A stretch of 64,000 bases of DNA from Anolis carolinensis (taxonomy: Eukaryota): assembly GCF_035594765.1 (NCBI RefSeq), contig NC_085844.1, positions 193,828,107 to 193,892,106 on the forward strand, read 5' to 3'. Numbering within the stretch: position 1 is the first letter of the stretch; every line of letters starts with the position of its first letter. Shown here in pieces: positions 52,567 to 64,000 of this stretch. Made by a program: the position numbers and the translations under genes. The notes beneath the pieces are model-generated. The model did not search any database. It was not told the DNA's origin and saw only the letters and a program-made list of their open reading frames with translations.

Positions 52567-54089
52567 TGAGTTACAAAGATCAGTTTGAAACTCCATGGGC
52601 TTTTTCATCAGTCAAAATATACACATATTAAAACCATATAAGAGAAGAAAAATAATATTACAAGCTTATGTTTTTTATCAGATGTTTCTGTTGTACTGTA
52701 CAGTAATTCTGTTATTCTGGATTAAGGATCTCAACACAGGCAGAGGCCATTCCCCTTCTTATCCATGTAGGAAAGTGGATGTTATTTATGTAGGCCATTT
52801 CTGCCACTTTGATGCAGACTCTCAAGAACAACAAAAACTGCTAATTACTGAACTTTTTTCAGCAGTTCACCAGGGAAAGGAGGTTTCTCATATAGCAGAA
52901 TGCTTACTTGTGATCAGCTAAGCAAGTTTGCCTTGGTGCCAAGGGTTTGTGTGGTTAGAAAACAAGAAATGGCTACAAAGCTTGGCTTTTGTCTCATGTG
53001 TTGAACTGTCACATGCATTTCTTTTCAGATGATTGGTAGTTCTATGTTGTATTGTTGTGTGATTTCAGCTCCACTAAAACTGTAGGTTCGGTGCCCAGTG
53101 TCAAGCTTCCAGAAGGCCAGATGAGACACAGATGGGTTGAAGTCAACATCAGAGGCTTTTTTCTTAATGACCAGAGAGGATGTCAATGGTGAAAGCACTC
53201 CAAAGAACTAATATATCTGCAACTGGGAACACATGGGTTTCTTTATAGAACAATTAGAAATTGCCACGGTGGTGTCTCATTGGTTTTGGAGGGTGCTGGG
53301 TAGGATTCATAGCCCCATTGGAGGAGGAGCGAGTCTCTGAGCTAATCAGAGGTGAGGTGGGATAGTTAATAAATGATCATTGGTGAATTTGAAGTCTTGT
53401 GTCTGTTTGTAAGTCACTCTGGAAAACTGGTGCATCTGGGTGGAATGCAGTTTGATGGGTGGTTGAGGGTCCTGTTAGTCCAATGCCAGCTAAACAAAGA
53501 AGGTGCTGGCCGATAGACAAAAGGTGATTAAAGTATAGTTACATAAAATGAAGAATTCACAGAAGAGGTCCGGATAAGTACTATAGATGAGGGAACATTA
53601 CCAAGATAAAGTTTTAGATAAAATTAGATAAAGGTGGAAAACTTTGTGTGTCTTCATGAGAAAACCCATTATGTGTCCTGGGACTTGTTCCAGGGTATTG
53701 TGAGAGGTTTTTGATCATTATGAAGCCATTCCCCAAGGTCACATAATAATTCAAGCTATTATTTGATAACACTTCCTGTTACGAGGTTTAACCTAGGCTC
53801 TTTTGCATCCCCTTGCATGAACCTGCATGGGCCCTGAGATCTTCAGGAAAGGACCTTCTCTTGGTCCCACCTCCATTTCAAGCTCGGTTGGTGGGAACGA
53901 GAGAGTGAGCCTTCTTGATGGAACTCCCTGCCCAGGGAAGCCAGAACGGCCCCCTCCCTGCTGTCCTTCTGGTGGCAGGCTAAAACCTTTTTATTCAGAT
54001 AGGCCTTTAAAGATGAAGGTTTTAAAGATCAATTTGGGGGAGCTTTTAATTATGAATTTGTTTTAATGGTTTTTAACTGGGATTTTTTA

Positions 54090-54995
54090 ATCAATCAATC
54101 AAAATAGTTTATTGTACGGGTCCAAGGCCATGACAAAATGAACGCATGTACACAATAGTACCCTAGGAGCAATAGATTCCAAAGATACTGAGCAGAAGCC
54201 ATAATTATGCTCCCGCAAGGAGCTAAAACAATGCCAGTTAACAGTAATTAAAAAAAAACATATTGCAAAAGAGTTCACATACAAATGCATATTGTAAGTG
54301 AGTCCACTTAATCCTTTGAGTCTCCTCGGCAGTTGATGGCAATTTTATCTAATTCTATCTTTCTGATCTTTTTTGCATATAGAGCAAACAGGGCTACTTT
54401 GCGAGTTACATATTTGTGTAACTCAGCAGAAAATGCATAGTTTCTGCTAAGCAGTTCCCTTTACCTTGAGTCAGCAAGGGTTCCAGGTGTCTTTCTCTTG
54501 GGGCACTATACAATGGACAAACTAACAGGTAATGCACAATGTCTTCTACCTGACATTGACTGCAGATACATAATCTGTTTTCCCATGGCACATTATGATA
54601 GCGACCATCTAAAACTGCGGTGGGCATTACTTGGAATCGCAGCTCAGTAAAGGTAATTCTTAAGGATGGTGGCTTGAGCTTAATCAGATATCTGGCTCTA
54701 AAATGTTCGGTTTTTAAAAAGGGGAACCACGAGGAAAATTTTGATTTCCTGGTTGATTGCAAAGTCTTTCTTGAATCAATCCAAAATAGCCAGTCTCTTA
54801 GTTGCCTCTTATCCATGTCCAGGGCAGACTTCAATTCAGGAAGATTGCAGTTGAATAGGAGGTTTTCTAGGCCAAATTTCTAGTGTTGCCGGTTCCTTAT
54901 TTCCTCGAAGCACAATGATGGGAGACGGTCGTTATGAAGAGTAGCAATTCGCTTGAGGTATCTTAACTGGGCACAATCTACTTTTGCTTTTACTG
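54090..54995 (-). mobile_element. Non-LTR retrotransposon 3' end with CCHC knuckle (RTE-X-like)
   Basis: ORF 54406..54834 ...RLCICSQCQVEDIVHYLLVCPLYSAPR; AATAAA then a (TTGA)n tail at ~54090-54112. Confidence 0.75.
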
Positions 54996-55299
54996 TCTAG
55001 TAGGGTTAAACCAGAGATCTGGTAGTAGATTCTGGGACAGAGCATCTTTAAATCTATATGTTGACTTCCACATTTATGAGTTTAACTTTTGTGGATTTGA
55101 TTGTTCACATATTTGATTAATATGCTTCTCCAATGGAAGTTGGCCATACAGTTGCAGTAAATGACCTATAGTGGTGCTCTCTCAGGTTAAAAATATAGTC
55201 TTCTTTGTTTGCTGTTTTCCCACTATTGTGGAGGGTTCTGCACTCCTAATGTCAAGAAATGTGCAGGGCTGACTGTATCCCTATAATGATCATCACTCA

Positions 55300-55642
55300 T
55301 AATGACCTCTTCACATGGGCAGCCAGAATTGCCATGCGCCGTTGGGTGGCATGGAGAGCCTGTCGCCCCATACTGTGCATCGCCCAGCTTGGCAGGAAGC
55401 TGATCCTATGGGGGGCGGGGGGTGCATTGGTCACGCGGCTTCTCCCCATTGCTTCCTGTGCAACATGGGAAGCCTCCTGTGTTGCTGCTGAGGTGACATA
55501 CATCAGTTCCACTCTAGATGACCCACGGAGCACCAACAGAAGTACACATGCATTATGAGACTGGAGCTGGCAGACTCCGTGGGTCATCTAGGGCTGAACT
55601 GGTTTATGCCATCAAAAACAGTCCCATCTGATAAGGTCATTA
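55300..55642. mobile_element. Old MITE with an internal hairpin
   Basis: TIRs taatgacctcttcacatggg / cccatctgataaggtcatta. Confidence 0.55.
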
Positions 55643-56394
55643 GTGCACTTACATTGATAATTTCCCTTCTCTTTCAAAAGGCCTATGAATAAATGTTTTA
55701 TATCTATTGGTAATCAAGCTCCTTGCTGTCTACTTAAAGTCCATTTAGTATGGTTCTGAAATCTGTGTCTCTATGATGAGCCTCAATTTTATATTCAGCA
55801 AATTGATGTCACTGTTATTAGCGAAACAACAGCTAGCTGTCTTGGACAGCAGTCAGCCTGACAAAGGAATCATTTCAAAACATGATTGCAGGGTTTGAAA
55901 GTAATTGGTTACAAATAAGAAAACATCCAAAGCCCTGTTAAGTGAATACAGCCACAGGCAGCACATTTCTATATGAGGAAACGCTACAGAAATACACTCA
56001 AAAGAAAATGTAAAATACTTATGTAAAGTGAACTTTAGTTGTAGAGAATCACCTGATGTCAAATCTAGATTTAGGGGTGAGTAGTTTGGTGATTAAAATA
56101 TTTTTAAAGTGAGAACTAAACTAGATGAATAACAAACAGATCTCTACAAACTGAGATCTGAAATGAACATCTAGTATCTAAACAATATAAGTTCAAAAGT
56201 ATTTTTATGTTGCACGAGATTGACATCACTTTGAAAACTACTACAAGAATAAAATATAAAATAGTGCATACTGGGGCAAAATTGTACATATACACAGATG
56301 AGATCTGAACTGGTAGTGACAAAGAAAGGGATCTCATAGCTGTGTAGACTGCTCCATGTCAACCCAGTCTTACTTACTGAGTTTACTTAGGCAA

Positions 56395-56720
56395 TCTCTT
56401 ATTGTCCGAGTATGATTGTCATCCAGGTTTGGCATCCTGGTGGTGGATACATACATGACTGTGGAGCCCTATTCTTGATCCGCATGTTCTTTCACAGTAA
56501 GGACATCGGTTTCCAGGTGGAAGGCAGTCCCGATCAGGGTTGGCTTGATGTGCCTTTCTCTTGGCACGTTTCTCCCTTTCACCCTCCATTTGTGCCTCTT
56601 CGAATTCCACAGCACTGCTGGTCACAGCTGACCTCCATCTAGAGTGTTCAGGGGCCAGGGCTTCCCAGTTCTCGGTGCCTATGCCACAGTGTTTAAGGTT
56701 AGCTTTAAGCCCATCAACCC
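56395..56720 (-). mobile_element. RTE LINE 3' end, same family as 3195-4345
   Basis: DGLKANLKHCGIGTENWEALA...CPYCERTCGSRIGLHSH. Confidence 0.9.
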
Positions 56721-57123
56721 AGCACATGGCTATTGCAAAACAAACACGCCCAACAATAAATTTCCATGTTTGTTTTTGGGCATGATTAGAGCATTTTAAG
56801 ACATGCTTTTTCTGAGGAACCATACTAAATGTGCCAAACAACTAATAGGCAGTAGTAGTTGTGGAGGGTGACACTGGCAGAGGATCTCTCAAAGACAGCA
56901 GCAGTGGTATCATAGCTAACAATCATTAGTAGCATAAAAGAAGACATTGTAAACTACTTTTGAATGTGTTTTACTATGAAAACCCCATGAAATCCATAAT
57001 GAACCTTGGAGTAGTGCTAGAAGATGAAACTCACACGTTGCATGGCATTCAAGGACCTACTGGGATAATAGCAGAGGACAACTACTAGCACTATATTGGC
57101 TAATGACAGGACTCAAGGAGAAA

Positions 57124-57990
57124 TGTGATGACTTATGGGCCATGTAGTCCCGTTCCTAGTACTGTTGTGACAGATGAAGAGGAAAACTTGGGTTTCCCAC
57201 CGTTTTTGCCAGATTTGGAGCCCTTGCAGCTGCAGGATGTTTGCCCACAAGAAGTCACACAAACAAGCCTTGAGGAGAAATCTCCCCCATTTTCTCGCCG
57301 CCTTTATTATAATCAAGATAGACACGCGCGGGAGGCGACTCGCCGAAGCGCCCGGATAGCTGCCAGACAATTAGATGATTAAGTCTGATTCCCTTGGGAA
57401 AGTTTAAGGAGTCCTGCATCTGGACAGTTTAGGTTTCGGTTCTTGTTCCCCAGAGAAAGTCTGCTTTGGTGGGAAAACAAGATCCTATATAGATGCTTGG
57501 CCACAAGGATTCCTTGCGGAGTCAATTCGTCAGCTTCGGGAGTAGATTGTGTGTGGACTACGCAACTCCAGTTTCCAGGACCTTGCTCTCGTTCCAGCCC
57601 TGCCTTGTTCCCCGGACCTCGCCACGGATTTTGCCACGGACCCTGTTCTTGCTCCTCGCTTCTTGTTGCCTTGAATCAAGCCTTGTTTGCCAAGAATCTA
57701 GTTTGCTTCCTAGCCTTGCATTAAGCTCCATGGACTAAAGGACCTTGTCATCTCCCCTCACTTTGCTTGGCAAAGTGAGTGTTTCGGTTATTGGATTACA
57801 ACTTTGGACCTTAATATTTCATATTGGACATTGGTTTCTTGGACTAATTTTGACCTTTCCTGAAAGGTCTACTTCTGAACTATTTCCTACACTTGCTTTT
57901 ATTAACTTTATATATTTCCTCAATAAAGATATTAGATAGATTCTGGCCTCTGTGTATGGTTATTGGTGCTCTGCAGCCTGGGTCCTGACA
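57124..57990 (+). mobile_element. Solo LTR (867 bp), probably Gypsy-type
   Basis: tgtgatg...ctgaca ends, 5-bp TSD agaaa (57119-57123 and 57991-57995), TATA-like ctatata at 57485, AATAAA at 57922. Confidence 0.9.
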
Positions 57991-57995
57991 AGAAA

Positions 57996-58740
57996 GGACA
58001 TTCAACTGTTGATGGGCTCAGATGTGAAAGAAAATCTGAAGCTGTACAACATATATTATAGGAACATAGAGTGAGAAAGACATGAATCAGGAGAAGCTAG
58101 AGCTATTAAAGCAAGAAATGAAATGCAGAAACATTGTAATGTGAATGAGCCAAGGTGGGAAGGAATGGGGCATTTTGAGTCAGATAATTATACAGTGTTT
58201 TACTCTGGAAATGAAAATCTAAAAAGAAATGGGTGGCAGCAAAAACAGTCAAAATATATCATGTAAAATTTTATTGAATCATATCAATAATATTTCTGTA
58301 AAAAACTATCAATATTATCATTATCAATGCTTATGCTCAACTACAGAGGCAAAAGTAAGAACAATTGAAAAGTTCTCTGCTGGAGTCCAAGATGAAATTG
58401 TTCATATATCAAAATGAGAGTTCTTGTTAAACATAGGTGATTGGAATGCAAATGTAAGAAACATTTGACCTAGGATAAATAAAGCAGGAGGGTAAAATAC
58501 TGAATTTTCTGAAGCCAACAGGATGTTCATTGCAAACACATTCTTCAAGCAATTGTATATATGAACATCACCTGAAGACCAACAGAGAAATCAAAAATCA
58601 TAATTCAAAGCAGATGATGGAGAAGCTCCATTCTGTCTGCAAAAACTAGACCAGGAGCATATTGTGGCACAAAACATGAACTACTAAGAAAAAATCAAGT
58701 AAAGCTAATGGAATCGAAAGATACTATAAAAAGGAGATTT
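57996..58740 (+). mobile_element. Degenerate BovB-type APE endonuclease region; its 5' part (~56880-57118) is separated by the LTR
   Basis: IIGT.., MNQ.KLE, GMGHFESDNYTVFYSGNE, IGDWNA and FIANTFFKQ remnants. Confidence 0.75.
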
Positions 58741-58789
58741 ATACAATTAAGCATACCTGATTGAAGCAAGGAACATGTTTTTTAAAAAA

Positions 58790-60560
58790 TAAATTTTATT
58801 GCAAACATTTATAGACAATGCGGTTTACAATGAGATGACAAAGATTTGAGAGTGACGATAAGTAAATACATAAAAACAAAACCGTACAGCTCACCCAACC
58901 AACCAATTACAGGACCTGAGCAGAGAGAGGGGAAGTAATAGAAGGAAAGAGAGAGAGGGAGAGAGAGGGAGAGAGAGAGAGAAGAAAAGAAAAAAAATCT
59001 ATACTAGAAATAAACATGAATCGAATCCAACAAACAACTTTACATAGTTACACATCTTTCAAATCGACTTCCATCTATTATGTGGTGTTTCTTATAATAT
59101 TCCCTTGGTACTCCCAGTACCCATATCTCCTATCTTGTGTCTGCATCTGTTCTTTATTCTGAGACAATTCTATTGCCCTTCTTACTCATCTGATATTTCT
59201 TTATATTACAACTTTGCATTTCTCATTTTTTAAATAATTTTTATTAATTCCCAATCTGTTTGCTTTTTTGGTTTGCCCTGAGTGTTTGATAATAAGTATG
59301 TTAATTTATCCATATTCATAATTTCCAGACTTTTATTAAACCAAGAATTTATGTCAGATCTGTTTTTCGTCCTCCATTCTTTTGCGTATGTCATTCTCGC
59401 CGCCGTCGTTAGATAATTAAACAAAATTTCTTTGTTCCAATCTTCTAAGCTAGCATCCCTAAGAGGAAGAATTTGGGGTCTAGGTTAATCTTAATTGACT
59501 TTTTTTTGTGTTCTTTGTTGTATTTCTTTCCAACATTCTTTGACTCTCTCACAGGTCCACCAGCAATAGAAGTAGGTGCCTTCATGCTCCCCACACTTCC
59601 AACATTTGTTGGAGGTTTTTTTTTTTGTAGAATTTAGATAGTTTTGGGGGAGTTAAGTACCATCTATGGAAAGTTTTTATCCAATTTTCTTTAAGATCTG
59701 CCGAATACGTGTATTTTAGTCTTTGATTCCAACATTTCTCCCACTCCTCTATTCTGATTGGTTTCCCTATATTTTTTGCCCATTTGACCATACACTCTTT
59801 GATGAAATCTTGTTCTGTTGCCCACTCTAATAATTTTTTGTAAACTTTAGTTATGATTTTAGATTCTGATTGTGTTACTTTGTCCCAAAAGGTTTCTTTG
59901 TCTTCAAATCCTATTTTCTTGTCTTTATTAAAATGATCCTTAATCTGTGCATACTGAAACCACCCTATGTTTTTAAATTCTTGATTTATCTTTTCCTGTG
60001 TTTTTAGTTTGTAATTTCCCTTCTCCTTAATTAGAATATCTTTGTATTTTGGCCACATTGTCCCTCCCATTTCTCTTCTTTGACAGGCCTCTAGGGGGGA
60101 TATCCATAGAGGAGTTTTTGTGAATAAATTTCCCATGTGTTTTTCCCATATTTTTTATTAGGGATGAATAAATGAAATGATCTCCAAAATTTTTGTCTAT
60201 TCTCCTTTTCTCATACCACAAGTAGGCATGCCAGCCAACTCGTAAGTCTACCCCCTCTAATGTCAATCCACATTAAGCAGCAGGCCTCATGGTATAATTG
60301 TAATTTTGGTAGAGCTAGTCCGCCTCTTTTTTTTTTTTCATCGATCATAGAAGTTCTTTTATCGGTTTTTTGTTTGACCAAATAAATTTGTTTATATCTT
60401 TATTCCATTTTTTTAATCTTTGTGTGTTTCTAATTATCGGAATACATTGGAAAAGGAAAAGCATCTTGGGTAAGATTGTCATTTTGACTGCTGCCACTCT
60501 CCCCAATAGTGATAATTTAAGTTCGTTCCAATTTTCTAGATCTTTCTGAATATCTTTCCA
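58790..60560 (-). mobile_element. L1-clade LINE ORF2 3' portion and 3'UTR
   Basis: [26 protein letters not shown] near 60440-60520, ORFs 60027..60266, 59582..60136 and 59230..59424 (TAARMTYAKEW), AATAAA near 58795. Confidence 0.88.
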
Positions 60561-62767
60561 CTGGCAAACTTTAAGAAAACTTAACTAAAAACTAACAAAT
60601 GCACCTAACATTTTGTGTTTCTGAAATATTTTGCAAAACATGACCAAACTTGCTTTTCCATCAGTACCATAATATCCTGCTTTTTATATACTTTAAATAG
60701 GCTCAGTCAAATTTTAGTCATATATTCAGGGTTGACTGAAACAGTTTAGTGACTTAGGCAAGCTAAGCTAACACATAGTCAAAGGGTATAATTCCTAAGG
60801 CCGGCCATATTATTTTGGCACATGATACAGAAAATCCCATGAGTCCCAATGCCTGGCAGTAAAATAAGAACAACAAAATAAATAATAACAATTTGCTGCT
60901 CCTTTACTGCCACCAACATCTATGAGACAACCATCTAATTTGCTAATAGTAAAGTTGGCCTTTCATGTATCTATTAGATGTACAAAGCATCCATGTAAAT
61001 GTCGTACTTAAAATGAAACAGGAACTATTATATTTGTCTCTTGTGCCGAAGATCTGAACAGAGAGAGGGAAGGAACTCCTCAACTGTGTAGCTGTGTTAA
61101 GGTATCACATTGCCTCCTGGAGAGGCTAGTTCTGTCTTTCCTGCTAAGAACTGTGTATAGGAAGATGAATAATACAGGAGAGAGGAAGCAGTCAGATTTG
61201 CCTGAGTAAGCAGAGAGAGAGAACTTTCCCAAGAGGTGATCAGCACAGTTCCAGATCAAATAACTATGCTCTTTTTTCTGGGGCATACACATCATATGCC
61301 AGCCAACACAGTCATTCTCTAGAAGTAAAGCCTGAAGGAAAAGAGATCTTTAGAGCTGACTGTAAATTGGAGAACATGCCTTCCTTGTGAGATCCATAGC
61401 AATTTATCGTGAACTTATTAATAATCTTTGTTATTGAGAGATTAAGTGTCCTTGTTACATAAGAAATTCTTTTGACTGCTGTTATAGCAGCATGCATCTG
61501 AAAAAAAAATACTGGCCTGTCAAAGCAGACATTTAAGTTTATTCTTGACTGACTGTTGAGAAAAAAGAAAATTGTAGGAAACCCTATTGATTCAAGTAGC
61601 AGGGGGTGGGAATTCTATATGATAGTAGTATCTTACTCCTTTTTATCAGGCCCATGGGTAATAATTGTAAAGCAGCACTGTTTGGTGATGGGTTTTTGTT
61701 GTATTCGTTGTGTTAGTATGGCTTTTGTCAAGAAGGGGATTTGCTGTATTAAGTATTGCAAATTACCACAAGAGGGCACACATGTGGCCTGATTCTCTCA
61801 CAGTAGGTTTTCGTCAACAGAAGCCAGTTTCTTTTGTTCAGAGCTATGAGGCTGTTTACTGTGAAACCTGTCTTTGCATGTATGCTGTCACTCAGATCAT
61901 CACTACAGGCCAGGCAGCTCAAGGATGGCTTTTTGTGCTCTGAATTATTCATAAAAACTCCAACCATTTATCTATGACAACTTTACATTTTCAGAACATA
62001 TTTACAGCATTTGCAGGGTCAACTCAAGACATTTTGGTGCCTCGGGGCAAACAATACATGGTGCCTCATGCTCACCCAAATGTACCTGCCAATATTTCAT
62101 GGATGGAAAACAGGACACAGGCAGCCAAGCAATTTCAGATTATGATCAAGGTGGCAAAAAAGAAGAACACACTAGACAAGAGAAGCTACAGCAGTTTATC
62201 TTTGCCTAAATCTACAGGGAAATGCAAAATTCTGCCCCCTCCTCTGCTCCCCCTGCTAAGTTAATTAAGTGTAAACTACTTTTGCAGTTTGAATCCAGTT
62301 TTCAGCAACAGAATTAGCTTAAAGATAATGGGAGCAGGAGGAAAGGGAAAGAAACTGTGACAATTTAAAAGTTGCTGAAAAAGTGGGAGTGTGCCTGCCA
62401 AATCAGGACAGTTGGGGCGTATCTGCAAATAGTGCAAAGCATCAAAAGCCAGCTAAGTCATTCTGGTCCATGAGTCAGGAAAACTCCTGTGTGCCCTGTT
62501 ATAACTCCCCAGATCTGTTACCTGAGGCAACTGCTTCAATCTGCTTAAAAATAGGACTGACCCTGTAGCTAATCTGGGATATTTGAAAGGATGCAGTATA
62601 GAGATACGCAAAGGAAAAGTGGCTCACTCATGATGGTTGCTATAAGAGTCTGTGTCAGAACACACACCAGACTCATTTTTAATGCTATCTACCCCTTTGA
62701 AAAGAATCCCAAATGTGGGACTCATTTTTTAGTTTGGTGCTTTTTGAAAACAAACTCCACAAATGTA

Positions 62768-62917
62768 GGGCCCTTCTACACAGCCATATAACCCAGAATG
62801 TCAAGGCAGAAAATCCCACAATATCTGCTTTGAACTAGGTTATCTCAGTCCACACTGCCATATATTCCAGTTCAAAGCCGAAAATGTGGGATTTTATACA
62901 GCTGTCTGGAAGGGGCC
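62768..62917. mobile_element. Palindromic Harbinger-like MITE
   Basis: gggcccttctacacagc...gctgtctggaaggggcc, with inner atcccaca/tgtgggat and tttgaact/agttcaaa pairs. Confidence 0.8.
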
Positions 62918-64000
62918 ATGGTCAACAAGTAAGAAAGGAACAATAAGTCTAGAACCCACAGGGCAAACTATATGTGATGGTATTTACATAATGTTTATAT
63001 CCTTACCACTTGTGTGGCTGATGACAAAAACCCCAATCCATCCACCCGCCATGATAAATGCAATGTTACATTGGGCCCAAGGTATGGAGGAAGATGCATT
63101 TTAATTCTTTGTTACTGCTGAGGTCCTAATCCAGAAAGGGCTTCTGAATATGCTATTTATTTCTTTAAGGTAACCACATGAGAACAAAAGGCTTGAACAT
63201 CTGATCCATGCAGCTGCCAAAGTATCATGGCTCTGAGAATCTGATGTAAACACTGATGATAGAATGAGGAAAGGGATGAGGATGGAAAAATAGGGCAGGA
63301 TGGGGGAAGGAAAAGAGGAGGACATACTGAAGCCAACATGTAAACAGAGAAGGAGGGGGAGGATGGGGAAGGAGACAATGGCATGTGTGTGGAAGAAGGG
63401 AAGTACAAGAAGTTGGGAGGTGATGGGTGGGGGATCCAAGGAAAGGGAGAACACAAACAGCCCCCAGCTTATGTTCTGCTTTCTCTGCATAATGTGTTCA
63501 CCTTGTGCTGTCAGCGAGTCATTACTCAGAGCCTGGCTAGCTATTGGCTGGCTAAAAATGCCTCTCTAATCTCTGGGCTGATCTTTACCCCCCTCCTCCC
63601 CATCTGCTGTGACCTTCCTTCCAACGTGCACAGGCTGAGAAAGAAAGAGAAGACTCCAGTAGAGTTCCTTGCCAGGCAGTTGGCATCCAAACCAAACGTG
63701 AGACTACAGTGTTACTTGGCTGGGACCCAGCTTTTCTGGCCAGGATCCGATGGTTTCTACAACCAATCCAGAAAGGTATGTTGTGGGCAATTTCTTTTAT
63801 CCCTTAAGATCATACTGAGTCCTCTCCTCCGCAGATTATATTCACATTTCTATAGGCTGCTCCATCAGCCAGGCGGTCCATGGCATTATACTACATTTGG
63901 GATACAGCCAGTCTTCATAGGGATGTGTATGTGTTTTTATAAACCACCGGCCCATCTGCTATGCTGATCTTAAGGTGTGGGTGTTTGGCCTGTTCCCATG

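Noticed and set aside
53081-53771. Possible ERV-type solo LTR on the minus strand (TG start, several CCAAT boxes, TATA-like)
   Set aside because: No matching TSD or clear second terminus found, so not listed as a feature.
63383-63967. 194-aa + strand ORF
   Set aside because: No recognisable family or exon structure, and not PACSIN1-like; treated as chance.

Overview
Eukaryotic, repeat-rich vertebrate DNA. The mix of Sauria SINE, BovB, CR1, L2, Penelope and SPIN-like hAT MITEs points to a squamate reptile, probably an Anolis-type lizard (inference). Two complete spliced genes lie on the minus strand in the known vertebrate tandem order. RPS10 has a non-coding 5'TOP exon 1 at ~51136-51170 and five coding exons from 48817 to 42914, giving 165 aa. 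NUDT3/DIPP1 has five coding exons from 28182 to 1490, giving 170 aa, with an 18 kb first intron and a 3'UTR that probably runs off the window. All exon junctions were read by hand, are GT-AG, and keep frame. The rest is transposon-derived: LINEs, Penelope elements, SINEs, solo LTRs, hAT/Tc1-mariner/Harbinger/Chapaev-like MITEs and a Helitron-like composite. The most interesting observations are: (1) two diverged solo LTRs that both keep a U3 ORF starting at LTR base 5 and ending in an RRS(V/A)R(L/I)A motif resembling the HMGN nucleosome anchor; (2) a minimal hammerhead ribozyme with an intact core in a twin-primed Penelope insertion; (3) a phase-compatible RPS10-NUDT3 read-through fusion; (4) a strong-Kozak 40-codon uORF in frame with NUDT3; (5) a Helitron-like end followed by fragments of three other TE classes. 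Repeat family names come from motif recognition only, not from database searches.
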